Source of the DNA: an uncultured virus (IMG/VR IMGVR_UViG_3300020577_012118)
Lineage: Duplodnaviria > Heunggongvirae > Uroviricota > Caudoviricetes
Reading direction: 5' to 3' (one strand)
Virus record (IMG/VR): IMGVR_UViG_3300020577_012118
DNA: 64,000 nt
Made by a program: the position numbers and the translations under genes
Part shown: positions 17,974 to 27,918 of the stretch, piece after piece
Layout of the letters: each line of letters begins with the position of its first letter
How positions within the stretch are numbered: position 1 is the first letter of the stretch
The notes under the pieces: model-generated
The model's database searches: none
Seen by the model: only the letters and a program-made list of their open reading frames with translations
What the model was told of the DNA's origin: nothing

Positions 17974-19114
17974 GTCGTTCGTGGGGCTCTCCGCCGCCAA
18001 GGCCGGGTATGCGGCCGTCGCCGGCGACTGCGTGGAGGTCCTCCGCTCCCTGCCGAAGGGGAGCGTGGACCTGGTCCTGGGCAGCCCGCCCTACGAGGAC
18101 GCCCGGCTCTACGGGGAGCTTGGTTACGAGGTCCGTGACGAGGAGTGGGTCGAGTGGATGGTGACGTTCTTCCGGGCCGCCGTGCGCGTCACGCGCGGCC
18201 TGGCGGTGATGGTCGTCGGCCACGGCAAGACGAAGGACTACCGGTGGTCGGCGACGCCGGCCCTGCTCATGGCCGACCTGCACCGCAAGGGTTTCGCCCT
18301 GCGGTGCCCGGTCATCTACTCCCGGGTGGGCATCGCCGGGTCGGGCGGCCCGGACTACCTGCGCTACGATTACGAGTTCTGCGTCGTGGTGCAGAACAAG
18401 GAGTTCGCCAAGCGCACCGGCGAACTGCCGTGGTCCAACAACCTCGCCGGCGGCAAGCCGCCCAAGTGGGCACCCGGCGGCGAGATGTCCCACCGCCTCA
18501 CGAGCGGCAAGCGCGTCAACGCCTTCGGCGGCGGCACCGGCCAGGGCGGGCAGCGCCGCAAGAGCGGCCATCGCCAGCCGAAGGGCCGGCCCGGCGAGGA
18601 ACTCTTGACGCGGGCCGAGGCGGAGGCGGCCGGGTACGCCGCGCCCAAGATCGCCAACCCCGGGATCGTCCTCGAGGAGAGTTACGGGGCCAGGCAAGTC
18701 GCCGGCTTCCTGGGCGGCGGCAACCTGGTCCACGGCAACGTCGGCGGCGGCTGCATGGGCCACGACCTCGCCCACGAGAACGAGGCCCCTTACCCGCTGT
18801 GGATCGCGGAGCGTCACGTCCTGGCGTTCTGCCCGCCCGGGGGCGTCGTCCTCGACCCGTTCGTCGGGTCCGGGACGACCATGCAGGCGGCCGTCGAGAA
18901 CGGCCGCCGCGGCTTCGGCATCGACTTGCGTCCGGGCCAGGTCGAGTTGACCCACGCCCGCATGAAGACCGTCCAACCCAGACTGGTGATCCCCGATGAC
19001 CGAGCCTACGAAGAGCGCCGGAAGGCGAAAGCCGCGGGCAAGAAGGCCAAAAGGACCGCGGCCGTCGATCACCCGCCGGCAGGCGAAGTGGGTGGCCTAT
19101 TTGATGGCCGCTAA
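17963..19114 (+). CDS. Beta-class DNA methyltransferase, probably N4-cytosine
   Basis: GDC.EVL, SPPY motif IV, VLDPFVGSGTT motif I. Confidence 0.85.
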   Translation: MRYESFVGLSAAKAGYAAVAGDCVEVLRSLPKGSVDLVLGSPPYEDARLYGELGYEVRDEEWVEWMVTFFRAAVRVTRGLAVMVVGHGKTKDYRWSATPALLMADLHRKGFALRCPVIYSRVGIAGSGGPDYLRYDYEFCVVVQNKEFAKRTGELPWSNNLAGGKPPKWAPGGEMSHRLTSGKRVNAFGGGTGQGGQRRKSGHRQPKGRPGEELLTRAEAEAAGYAAPKIANPGIVLEESYGARQVAGFLGGGNLVHGNVGGGCMGHDLAHENEAPYPLWIAERHVLAFCPPGGVVLDPFVGSGTTMQAAVENGRRGFGIDLRPGQVELTHARMKTVQPRLVIPDDRAYEERRKAKAAGKKAKRTAAVDHPPAGEVGGLFDGR

Positions 19115-19475
19115 CGCGGTCGCCGCGGCGTCCCTGGCCGGGATGCCGGAAACGATGATCGTCCTGCGGCTGCTGAAGCTGGGGGACGCCGAGACGGACC
19201 TGGTGAAAAGCGAGATCGCCCGCCTGATCAACCGCCTGAACGTCCAGGCGAAGAAAGCTGCCGAACACTGGAGGAAACTCGATGGCCACGAATCAGGACA
19301 GGGCGTGCCTGGCTTGCCCTCCGGGCAAGAAGAAGTTCGCCGGGACGCGGGGCCTGTGCCCGGCGTGCTACCAGCTGGCGATCCGGAACATGGGGCTGGG
19401 CGGGCCGTCCTGGACGGACCTGGCGGCGAGGGGGCTCGCCAGGCTGACGATGAAGGAGATGGGCATCAAGCGTGA
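18996..19475 (+). CDS. Hypothetical protein (start uncertain)
   Basis: Helical globular central part fills gap 19114-19282; both ends overlap neighbours. Confidence 0.45.
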   Translation: MTEPTKSAGRRKPRARRPKGPRPSITRRQAKWVAYLMAANAVAAASLAGMPETMIVLRLLKLGDAETDLVKSEIARLINRLNVQAKKAAEHWRKLDGHESGQGVPGLPSGQEEVRRDAGPVPGVLPAGDPEHGAGRAVLDGPGGEGARQADDEGDGHQA

Positions 19476-19761
19476 CATCATGAAGACCCAAGACTGGGCG
19501 AGGAAGATCCGAGATGGGAATGATCGCGCCAAAAGGGTTCTGCAAGGAATGCTTCCGGCCGACGGGAAGCCGGGAGCGGCGGTATTGCCCGAACCACGTG
19601 AAGCCGTCCAAGCTCAAGAACGTCAAGGTTCCCGACCCCGAAGGGGGCGCTCCCTACGACAGCAAGCGGGAGGCGGCGGAAGGGGCGGCGCTGCTGCAAT
19701 TGCAGAAGGTGGGCCTGATCCGGAACCTGAGCCGCCAGGTCCCGTTCCCCCTGAAGGTTAA
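19282..19761 (+). CDS. Zn-finger hypothetical protein
   Basis: CLAC...TRGLCPACYQ...SWTDLAARGLA; GGAGG RBS. Confidence 0.55.
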   Translation: MATNQDRACLACPPGKKKFAGTRGLCPACYQLAIRNMGLGGPSWTDLAARGLARLTMKEMGIKRDIMKTQDWARKIRDGNDRAKRVLQGMLPADGKPGAAVLPEPREAVQAQERQGSRPRRGRSLRQQAGGGGRGGAAAIAEGGPDPEPEPPGPVPPEG

Positions 19762-19951
19762 CGGCCAGCTCGTTTGCACGTTCATCGCCGACTTCACTTA
19801 CGAGACCCTGAACACCGACTCCTGGTATTTCGTCGTGGCCGACGTGAAGCCGAAGCCGAGGAAGGGCAAGAAGAAGTACCGGACCCGCGAGTATAGACTT
19901 AAGGCGAAACTGTTCAAAGCCCTGATGGGGTACGAGATCCGCGAGGTGTAA
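19514..19951 (+). CDS. DUF1064-like PD-(D/E)XK nuclease
   Basis: YDSKREA, RQVPFPL, FIADFTY, DVK, EYRLKAKL. Confidence 0.75.
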   Translation: MGMIAPKGFCKECFRPTGSRERRYCPNHVKPSKLKNVKVPDPEGGAPYDSKREAAEGAALLQLQKVGLIRNLSRQVPFPLKVNGQLVCTFIADFTYETLNTDSWYFVVADVKPKPRKGKKKYRTREYRLKAKLFKALMGYEIREV

Positions 19952-19954
19952 GCC

Positions 19955-20311
19955 ATGAGCCATCCGAGCGCCGCCCTGATCGACCTGGCGAAGTCTATCA
20001 GCAGTTCCTACCTGTCCGTGTTCGGACAATGCCCGACGTGGAACTACAAGACGCTCACCAGCGGCGTCAGGGGCATCCTCGTCTCCGGATGGCTCCTGGT
20101 CATCCCCACCGGCGTCGGCGACCGGCACGTCGTCCGCGCCGCCACGGAAGAGATGTCGCCCTGGTTCAGCCGCTACCCGTGCCTCAGCGAGACGCCCGAG
20201 GTCGAGGCCAACAGCCTCGAAAACGCCCTCGCCATGATCGTCATGCTGGAGGCCCACCGCCGCCTCCACGTGTCCCTGGAAGCCAAACCCCTTAACCCCG
20301 AGAACCGATGA
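19955..20311 (+). CDS. Hypothetical protein
   Basis: GAGGTG RBS; operon packing. Confidence 0.5.
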   Translation: MSHPSAALIDLAKSISSSYLSVFGQCPTWNYKTLTSGVRGILVSGWLLVIPTGVGDRHVVRAATEEMSPWFSRYPCLSETPEVEANSLENALAMIVMLEAHRRLHVSLEAKPLNPENR

Positions 20312-20622
20312 TGGAAGCCTCACTCTTCACCGAAGAACAGATGGGCAGCAGCATGCCGACCCACGACGCCGGCAAGAAGTCGCGCAAGAAGGCCAAGCCG
20401 CCGGCCCCCGCGCCCAGGCCGGCCCCGCCCCCCGGGACGCCGCGGCCGCCCGTGGACGTCACAGCCGAACCGGGCACCCCGGAGCGGACCGGCCGACCGG
20501 TCCGGCCGCTCGCCGAACAGCTGGCGATCCTCGTCCAGCAGGGTTTCACCGACGCCGAGATCCGGCACCACTACCCCAAGGTGGCAGAACTCTTGACGCC
20601 GGCGGCCGACCCGGTACGATGA
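20308..20622 (+). CDS. Hypothetical Pro-rich protein
   Basis: ATGA overlap with the previous gene. Confidence 0.45.
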   Translation: MMEASLFTEEQMGSSMPTHDAGKKSRKKAKPPAPAPRPAPPPGTPRPPVDVTAEPGTPERTGRPVRPLAEQLAILVQQGFTDAEIRHHYPKVAELLTPAADPVR

Positions 20623-20761
20623 CCCGGACGGTGGAAGGTAGTGGGCGACGCCGACCATCGCACTCAAGGGCCCCGGGGCGACAACGCCGTCCCGGGGCTC
20701 TCCCTTTTGCCCACCGCCCTCCGGACGGAACACTTCGCGGGCGACATGCGATCCTGGACGC

Positions 20762-21112
20762 ATGGCCGCCAAGAAACCAAAACAGACCGCCTCCGAAGCC
20801 CTGATGCCGATCCTGGCGTCCGGCAAGGACATCTCCGTCGCCGAACTGGCGGAGGAACTGATCGCCGAGGCCGGCGGGGCGAAGGAGTTCGCGCGGCTCT
20901 ACATCAAGGAACTCAAACAGGGGACGAAGGAAGGTTCGGTCGCCCGGGCGCGGATGCTCGACGGGATCCTGAAGATCGTCACGTCGAGCAGCGCCCAGAA
21001 CAAGGGGCAGGGCCGGACCGAGGATCAGATGAGCGAGGAGGAACTCGCCATGACCGCTAAAAGGCTCCTCGATAAAGCAGCTTCCGCGGGGGCTCCACGT
21101 GGCGAAGCATAA
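20762..21112 (+). CDS. Possible terminase small subunit
   Basis: Helical 116 aa directly upstream of and overlapping TerL; EDQMSEEEL tail. Confidence 0.45.
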   Translation: MAAKKPKQTASEALMPILASGKDISVAELAEELIAEAGGAKEFARLYIKELKQGTKEGSVARARMLDGILKIVTSSSAQNKGQGRTEDQMSEEELAMTAKRLLDKAASAGAPRGEA

Positions 21113-22889
21113 GCCCCGCGATGTCGCCCCAGGCGGAGCGGAACGTATCGTCCCGCCCGCCGCCAAGGCCGTCCGCCGCGCCCCACGACCCGTCATTGCT
21201 GCCGGCGATTTGATCGCGCAGGCGGGAGTCGTAGACGTACCGGAGGCATTCGTCCCCCCGCCGATCGATCAGCCGGTACCGGCCGGATTGAATAATCCCG
21301 ACCAGCAGGCGTTGCGCCGCAGCCTGGCGGAGTTGGCGCGGCGTCGGTGCGAGACCCTCCGCTTCTACCAGCCCCTGCCCATCATCAACGCCTTCCACGC
21401 CGACCGGCGGGACGAGCGGCTGTTGCGGGGGAGCAACCGGGCCGGCAAGACCTTGGGCGCTGCGATCGAACTGGCGCGTGCGGTGACCGGCCAGGATCCC
21501 TTCGAGAAGTACCCCAAAACCGACGGGCGTGCCGCCCTGGTCGGGCTCGACGGCCGCCACTGTGGCGACGTGCTGTACCGAAAGCTGTTCCGGCCAGGCG
21601 CTCTCAAGATGATCCTGGACGCCGACACCGAGGAGTGGCGGGCGTTCAGCCCGGCCCTCGACGCCGGGCGGGAGAAGGAGGCCAAACCGGCCCCGCCGCT
21701 CATACCCTGGCGGTTCGTCAAGGAGGTGGCCTGGGAGGAGCGGAAGCGGTCCATACCCTCGATCATCAAACTGCACAACGGGTGGGAACTCACGTTCTAT
21801 TCGTCGAAGGGCAGCCCTCCGAACGGCATCGATATCGATCTCCTGTGGATCGACGAGGAAATCGAGAACGAGGCCTGGTGGCCGGAAATGGTCGCCCGCC
21901 TTCTGGACCGCCAGGGGAAAGCGATGTGGTCCGCGACGCCCCAGGTCGCGAGCGAGCATCTGTTCAACCTTCACCTCCGCGCCGAGGAGGTCCCGGACCT
22001 GGTCGGCGAACACATCGCGCTGCTCGAGGACAACCCCCACATCCCGCAGGCGGAGAAGATCAAGCTGGAGAGCCGGCTGGCGTCCGACGAGGAACGCCGG
22101 GTGCGCATCAAGGGCGAGTTCGCGATGACGGGGTTCAAGATTTACCCCGAGTTCCACCCCGACCTTCATAACTTCGACCTCCGATCGAGCTTCCCGGGCG
22201 GCGTCCTCCCGGCCGACTGGGCGCGGTTCATCGCGATCGACCCCGGCCGCCAGACGTGCGCGGTGCTGTTCGCCGCCGTCCCCCCGCCCTCCTACGGGCG
22301 GAACATGCTACTTTTGTACGACGAGCTTTACCTCAAGAACTGCGACGCCGAGGCGTTCGCCTCCGCGATGCGGTCGAAGAAGGACGGGGTCCAGCCCGAA
22401 GTCTTCCTCATCGATCACCAGGCCGGCCGGATATCGGAAATGGGTTCGGGCAAGACGGTGGAATCCCAGTACAGCGAGGCCCTCAAGAAGCACGGCGTCC
22501 GCAGCGCCCGGACCGGGCACGGCTTCGTCTGGGGGGCGGCCGACCCGACGGCCGGGATCCTGTCCGTCCACGAGTACCTGCGCAACAAGGAGGACGGGAA
22601 GCCGTCCCTGTTTATCGCCCTGGACCGGATGAAGCACTTCAAGCACGAGATCGAGCGTTACCACTACAAGAAGGTCAACAAGCTCGTCTCCGACACGCCC
22701 GACAAGAAGCACGATCACCTGATGGATTGCCTGCGGTACATCACGATGTACCGGCCCAAGTGGACCAAGCCCCGGCCGGTGAAGAAGCCGGTCAACTACG
22801 CGGTCAAGGCGATGCGCCGCAAGGCGGAGCGCGCGAAGATCCGGGGCGAAGGGAGCGGTCGAGGGGTGAACCTTGGACCTGGTCGCTAG
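21099..22889 (+). CDS. terL: Terminase large subunit
   Basis: GSNRAGKT Walker A, LLWIDEE Walker B, SATP, DNPHI, IAIDPG, DHLMDCLRY nuclease motif. Confidence 0.9.
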   Translation: MAKHKPRDVAPGGAERIVPPAAKAVRRAPRPVIAAGDLIAQAGVVDVPEAFVPPPIDQPVPAGLNNPDQQALRRSLAELARRRCETLRFYQPLPIINAFHADRRDERLLRGSNRAGKTLGAAIELARAVTGQDPFEKYPKTDGRAALVGLDGRHCGDVLYRKLFRPGALKMILDADTEEWRAFSPALDAGREKEAKPAPPLIPWRFVKEVAWEERKRSIPSIIKLHNGWELTFYSSKGSPPNGIDIDLLWIDEEIENEAWWPEMVARLLDRQGKAMWSATPQVASEHLFNLHLRAEEVPDLVGEHIALLEDNPHIPQAEKIKLESRLASDEERRVRIKGEFAMTGFKIYPEFHPDLHNFDLRSSFPGGVLPADWARFIAIDPGRQTCAVLFAAVPPPSYGRNMLLLYDELYLKNCDAEAFASAMRSKKDGVQPEVFLIDHQAGRISEMGSGKTVESQYSEALKKHGVRSARTGHGFVWGAADPTAGILSVHEYLRNKEDGKPSLFIALDRMKHFKHEIERYHYKKVNKLVSDTPDKKHDHLMDCLRYITMYRPKWTKPRPVKKPVNYAVKAMRRKAERAKIRGEGSGRGVNLGPGR

Positions 22890-22904
22890 TCGAGAGGAAC
22901 AGAA

Positions 22905-23132
22905 ATGGTCATCCGTGAGATTCTGGAGGCCTGGGACCGCGAGATCGCCGCTCACAAGGCGGCCATTCTGCGGATCGAAGGGCTCAAGAGCCGCGTCCTC
23001 GAGGTCTGTAAGCCGAAAGCCGACGAGGCTTACGACGCGGACGGACAGGAAGGGCCGGCGATCGCCGGGAGGATCGGATGTCACGACGAGCCGAGCTTGC
23101 CTCTCAGGTCGAGAAAGAGGAAAGCGGCCTGA
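22905..23132 (+). CDS. Hypothetical protein
   Basis: GAGG RBS; helical. Confidence 0.45.
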   Translation: MVIREILEAWDREIAAHKAAILRIEGLKSRVLEVCKPKADEAYDADGQEGPAIAGRIGCHDEPSLPLRSRKRKAA

Positions 23133-23536
23133 GCGACCGGGACCTGGTGCTGACGGCCTACGTCGCGTACCGGGCCGCGAGGTCGGGCTTCGGAACTCAC
23201 CTCCCGGAAGACATCTCCGACCAGGATGACGAAAGCGTCGATCGGTTCGTGGCTGCCTGCGCCGCGGGCCGCTCGATGCTGATCGAGGCCGAAGCTTCGG
23301 ACGGGGCTTCGGCCTCGACATGGAAGGACGGAGCGCTGCGGGTGTGCCATGAGTTGGGGATCGAGGAGCCGGGAGAACCGGATATCCTCTGCGCCGAGGC
23401 GCTCCTCCGCCACCTGTGCAACGCGATGGACTTCGACCCGGAGGAGGACGGCGACCTGGCGGAACACGCCGGGTCGTGGAAAGCGTGGGCCGAACACCAG
23501 GCCCTGCTCGTGGAAAAACGCGCGAGGTCTCGATGA
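23078..23536 (+). CDS. Hypothetical acidic protein
   Basis: GGAGG RBS; ATGA overlap with the next gene. Confidence 0.55.
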   Translation: MSRRAELASQVEKEESGLSDRDLVLTAYVAYRAARSGFGTHLPEDISDQDDESVDRFVAACAAGRSMLIEAEASDGASASTWKDGALRVCHELGIEEPGEPDILCAEALLRHLCNAMDFDPEEDGDLAEHAGSWKAWAEHQALLVEKRARSR

Positions 23537-23910
23537 GCGACAAGACGCAGAAGCCCGGCAAGCCCGGGGCGAAGCCGACGGCCCCCAAGGCGGCCGAGTA
23601 CGAGATGCCGGCCGTCGCGGTCGGCGACACCGTGCTCTGGAACCCGGGCGTCCCCAGCGAGTCGGACGAGGCCGACGTCGTCGGGATCGTCACGGCGGTC
23701 AACACCGAGACGGTGAACGTCGCGACGCTCCGCCCGGGGACGTACAACTTCGACCCGATGGAGGGGGTCCGCCACGCCGACCACCCGAACCGGTCGGCGA
23801 TCGCCTCGTCGGAGGTCGGCACCTGGCGTCACCGCCCGTCGCACCTGGCCCTCCTGGCGAGGATCGACACGATCGAGACGCTGTTCGACCCCGCCCCCAA
23901 AGCGACGTGA
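23533..23910 (+). CDS. Hypothetical protein
   Basis: PAVAVGDTVLW...GIVTAV...GTWRH, similar in style to 11023-11445. Confidence 0.6.
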   Translation: MSDKTQKPGKPGAKPTAPKAAEYEMPAVAVGDTVLWNPGVPSESDEADVVGIVTAVNTETVNVATLRPGTYNFDPMEGVRHADHPNRSAIASSEVGTWRHRPSHLALLARIDTIETLFDPAPKAT

Positions 23911-23921
23911 GGTAGCCGGCG

Positions 23922-25979
23922 ATGGACCCGACGATCGGCATGAACGGGACGCCACCCAGCGGCGTCCCGATGAACCAGATGCCCGACGGCGTCGGCACGG
24001 TCGCGGCGGGTCTGCCCGGAGGCCCGACCGGGCCGACGCCGGCCCCCGGCGTCGAACACCCGCTGCGGCCGATCATCGGGCAGTGGATCTCCAAGCTCCA
24101 GATCGCGCGGGACTACAAGACGGTCCAGTTCGGGAACGACGCCGAGGAGGCGATGCAGTTCTTCAACGGGCCGTATGACTTCCTGTACGCCCGCGACTAC
24201 AAGGGCTCCGGCGGCTGGTTCACCGACGCGGACGGCTCCCCGCCGCCCGACCCGGCGTTCAAGATGACCGTCAACAAGGTGGCCGAGGCCGTCCAGATTT
24301 TCGGCCCGGTCCTGTACCACCGCAACCCGACCCGCCAGGTCAACCCGCGCGAGACGCCGACGATCCCCCCGGAGTTCTTCGGCAACCTCGCCGACCCGAA
24401 CACGATGATGGTCGCCCAGCAGGCTCAGATGCAGGACCAGGCGGCCCGCAGCATGGACGGGCTCCGGGCGGCCCTGTTGCAGTTCTACCTCAACTGGTCG
24501 CCGGTCGAGTGCCGGCTCAAGGATCACGCCCGCCGCTGCATCGACGAGGCGATCATCAAGGGCATGGGTCTGCTCTGGACCGAGCCGTACACGATGCCCG
24601 GGACCGGGCAGAAGGCGATCGGCTCGTTCTACGATTCGGTCGATCACCTCCTGATCGACCCGGACAGCGAGACGATGGAAGACGCCAAGTGGATCGCACG
24701 CCGCTGCATCCACCCGGCCTGGCAAGTCGAGCAGGAGTACGGCCTCCCCACCGGCACGCTCCGCGGCATCGCGGAGTCGGCGACCAGGGCGAGCGAGTTG
24801 AACAACGCCTCCGACGGCCGGTACGAACGGCAGCGGGGGACGACGGCGGACCTGGTGAGTTACTGGAAAATCTACTCCAAGATGGGCATCGGCGGCCGCC
24901 TCAGCGGCGTGCCCGACGCCCAGCGCGAGGTGCTCGACCAGTTCGGCGATTACTGCTACCTGGTGATCGCCGACGGCATCCCCTACCCGCTCAACCTCCC
25001 GCCCGACGTCCTGAACAACGCCGACCCGGCGGCCGCCGACGCGATCCTGAAGAGGCTCGACTGGCCGACGCCGTTCTGGGCCGATGACGAGTGGCCGATG
25101 ACGCCGCTCTACTTCCACGAGGTGCCGCGCAGGCCCTGGCCGATGAGCCACTTCAAGCCGGCCATGGGCGAGTTGAAGTTCCTGAACTGGGTCTACAGCT
25201 TCGTCGCCGGGAAGATCCGCAACACGTGCCGCGACTTCATCGCGATCGCCAAGAGCGCCGCGGAGGAGTTGAAGACGGCGATCATGTCCGGCGAGGACCT
25301 CTGCCTGGTCGAGATCGAGGCCACGCACGGGACCATCTCCGAGGTCGTCCAGTTCCTGCAACACCCGCAGATGAACGGCGACATCTGGAAGGTGATCGAG
25401 GCCGTCACCGCCAACTTCGAGAAGCGGACCGGCCTGACGGAACTGGTCTACGGCCAGTCGGCGCAGCAGTTCCGCTCCGCCGCGGAGGCCGACCTCAAGG
25501 GCAGCCAACTCCAGATCCGCCCCGACGACATGGCCCAGCGCGTCGAGGACGCGATGACGCTCGTGGCGCGCAAGGAGGCGATGGCCTCCCGCTACCACCT
25601 GACCGGCCAGGACGTCGCCCCGGTGATGGGGCCGGCGGCGGCCGCGATGTGGGACCAGGTCGTTGTCACGCAGGACCTGTTCGCCATGTTCCGGCAGCTG
25701 GAGTACCGGATCGAGGCCGGCAGCGCGAAGAAGCCGAACAAGGCCCGCGACGCGCAGAACATGAAGGACGCGATGCAGCAGCTGTTCGCGCCGCTGTTCC
25801 AGTACGCGATGACGACCATGAACGTCGGGCCGGTCAACGCCCTGATCACCGACTGGGCGAAGTCGATCGACCTCCGCGCCGACGGCTATCTGCTCGCCCC
25901 GCCGCCCCCGCCGCCGGCGGGCCAGCAGGGCGGGCCGCCGGAAGAGAAGAACCCGCCCGGGGAGAAGAAGGCCGCATGA
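23922..25979 (+). CDS. Probable portal protein
   Basis: 685 aa downstream of TerL; DHLLIDPD, KWIARR, FEKRTGLTEL..G, SAAEA; Pro/Gln-rich tail typical of podoviral portals. Confidence 0.75.
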   Translation: MDPTIGMNGTPPSGVPMNQMPDGVGTVAAGLPGGPTGPTPAPGVEHPLRPIIGQWISKLQIARDYKTVQFGNDAEEAMQFFNGPYDFLYARDYKGSGGWFTDADGSPPPDPAFKMTVNKVAEAVQIFGPVLYHRNPTRQVNPRETPTIPPEFFGNLADPNTMMVAQQAQMQDQAARSMDGLRAALLQFYLNWSPVECRLKDHARRCIDEAIIKGMGLLWTEPYTMPGTGQKAIGSFYDSVDHLLIDPDSETMEDAKWIARRCIHPAWQVEQEYGLPTGTLRGIAESATRASELNNASDGRYERQRGTTADLVSYWKIYSKMGIGGRLSGVPDAQREVLDQFGDYCYLVIADGIPYPLNLPPDVLNNADPAAADAILKRLDWPTPFWADDEWPMTPLYFHEVPRRPWPMSHFKPAMGELKFLNWVYSFVAGKIRNTCRDFIAIAKSAAEELKTAIMSGEDLCLVEIEATHGTISEVVQFLQHPQMNGDIWKVIEAVTANFEKRTGLTELVYGQSAQQFRSAAEADLKGSQLQIRPDDMAQRVEDAMTLVARKEAMASRYHLTGQDVAPVMGPAAAAMWDQVVVTQDLFAMFRQLEYRIEAGSAKKPNKARDAQNMKDAMQQLFAPLFQYAMTTMNVGPVNALITDWAKSIDLRADGYLLAPPPPPPAGQQGGPPEEKNPPGEKKAA

Positions 25980-26434
25980 ACAACTCCATCCGCACCGTGG
26001 CGGCCTCGCCGACGGTGGACACCAACGCTTACGCGTCCGGCGACCTGATCGGCGGCAAGCTGACGTTCAGCGACCTGGCCGCCAGCGACCAGATGCTCAA
26101 GATCATGACGGCCGTCATCAAGGACGAGTCGAAGCAGACCGCCGACATCGACCTGGTGCTGTTCCGCGACGACCCCAGCGCCACGACGTTCACGGACCAG
26201 GCGGCGCTCGACATCGCGGACGGCGACCTGGGCAAGGTCTGCGGCGTGATCACGTTCCGCAGCGGACAGACGTTCGGCTTCAACGACAACGGCGTGATGG
26301 TCCAGCAGAACATCGGGCTCTGCACGCAGCTGGCCGGCACGACGCTCTACGGGGCGCTCGTCAGCCGCGGCACGCCGACCTACGCCGCGGCGACGGACGT
26401 GACCGTCATGCTGACGGCCGAGCGGCCGCGGTAA
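25976..26434 (+). CDS. Probable virion structural protein
   Basis: AYASGDLIGG...LVLF...TTFTDQAA...LYGALV; ATGA overlap with portal. Confidence 0.6.
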   Translation: MNNSIRTVAASPTVDTNAYASGDLIGGKLTFSDLAASDQMLKIMTAVIKDESKQTADIDLVLFRDDPSATTFTDQAALDIADGDLGKVCGVITFRSGQTFGFNDNGVMVQQNIGLCTQLAGTTLYGALVSRGTPTYAAATDVTVMLTAERPR

Positions 26435-26483
26435 GGCGGGGGCGGGCAGGGGGACGGGGCAAACACGATCGAGGGGGCGGGCG

Positions 26484-27152
26484 ATGACGGCGAACACGAT
26501 GGAGCGGACGATCGAAGAGGTGACCGGCGGAAAGAAGGTCGTCGAGTGGCTGCGCGAGCAGATGGGCACGTCGAAGACGGCCGCCGTCTGGCGGCTCGTC
26601 CGGGCCGGCCTGATGGCCAACCTCCCGCCGCTGCACCGCGGGGCGGAGGCTTACGCCTGGTACGTGGCCATGCGGCTGGACGGCACGCCGCACAAGATGG
26701 CGGAGATGTTCGCGTTGCAGCAGCCCCCGGGCAGCAAGAGCGACCGCGAGTTCCTCGAGGGGCACTGCAACGGCAGCCAGTTCGACGGCCAGGAGTACAT
26801 CGGCGATTTCTACGCCGCCGAGGCGAAAAAGGCCGGCGTCTCGATCAAGGGAAAGGTGTACGTCAACGGCCTGGCCCAGTACCCCGGCGACCCGCGGGCC
26901 TGGGTGTCCGACCGCAGCGACGTCCTGCGCGTCGCCCGCGAGAACGGCATGACCGTCTCCGGGGCCGTGGACTACAAGCCGGACTCCCGCCTCGCCGACC
27001 TGGCGATGGCCAAGCCGGACACCAGGGTAGCCGACGACCTGGTCCACTCCGCTATGATGGACCGCATGGAGGCGGACCCCTCTCTCGCACTCAGGGACCA
27101 AGGCGAGGTTTTCGCCGAAACGAGGGAGAGGATCGCTCCGCATTGGGAGTGA
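26484..27152 (+). CDS. Hypothetical protein in morphogenesis module
   Basis: ORF with RBS; AKKAGVSIKGKVY, GDPRAWVS. Confidence 0.6.
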   Translation: MTANTMERTIEEVTGGKKVVEWLREQMGTSKTAAVWRLVRAGLMANLPPLHRGAEAYAWYVAMRLDGTPHKMAEMFALQQPPGSKSDREFLEGHCNGSQFDGQEYIGDFYAAEAKKAGVSIKGKVYVNGLAQYPGDPRAWVSDRSDVLRVARENGMTVSGAVDYKPDSRLADLAMAKPDTRVADDLVHSAMMDRMEADPSLALRDQGEVFAETRERIAPHWE

Positions 27153-27156
27153 TTCG

Positions 27157-27792
27157 ATGGCGGTATCAGCGAAGACGGAACGGGTGCTGCACGTGGCGAT
27201 GGCCGACAAGGCTGCCTCCCAGGAGGTCGTAGACGTGCTCAACGGCGGGGGGACGAGAACCTCCACCGCGAAGACGACCGTGGGCGTGGGGGCGAAGAAC
27301 GGCACGACGGTTTCGGCCGTCGAGAACGTCGGCCTGATCCATCAGACCGTCCTGACCCTGACGGCGCTGTCCGTGACGATGGTGGACGCCACCACCGCGG
27401 GCAACCAGGGCGGCGTCAAAATCTACGACTTCCCCGAAGGCAACATCCTGATCCTGGGCGGCACGGCCGACCTGACGACGCTCGCCGGGGCGGGCGGCAT
27501 CACCGACACGGCGGCCCTGGTCGGGTCCGTCGGTTCGGTCGTCGCGGCGACCGACAACGCGACCCTGACCTCGACCGAGGCGAACATCGTCCCGTCGATG
27601 TCCGGCACGCTGACGGGCGGGGCCGGTACCCTCAAGGGGGTCAACACGGCGACCGCCTTCCTCGACGGCACGGCGACGGCGGCGGACGTTTACCTCAACC
27701 TGGCCGTCCCCGACGCCGGCTCGTCGGCCGACGACACGGTCGCCGTCAGCGGGACGATCACGATCACCTGGATCAACCTGGGCGACAAGTAA
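27157..27792 (+). CDS. Probable virion structural protein
   Basis: Thr/Ala/Gly-rich; KIYDFPEG...VYLN...GTITITWINLGD. Confidence 0.6.
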   Translation: MAVSAKTERVLHVAMADKAASQEVVDVLNGGGTRTSTAKTTVGVGAKNGTTVSAVENVGLIHQTVLTLTALSVTMVDATTAGNQGGVKIYDFPEGNILILGGTADLTTLAGAGGITDTAALVGSVGSVVAATDNATLTSTEANIVPSMSGTLTGGAGTLKGVNTATAFLDGTATAADVYLNLAVPDAGSSADDTVAVSGTITITWINLGDK

Positions 27793-27918
27793 TCGACACG
27801 TAAACCATCGGCGGCCCGGCGCTCCTGTCGAAGGGAACGCCGGGCCGTTTCGCGCGTATATCTGGGTCCTGACAGCCTCGCGGGGGGACAGGGAAACCAC
27901 CCCGGGGAGAAGGAACCG

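Noticed and set aside
19314..19328. TTGCCC-TCC-GGGCAA as a tenth palindrome copy
   Set aside because: 3-nt spacer instead of 2 and intragenic; may be chance.
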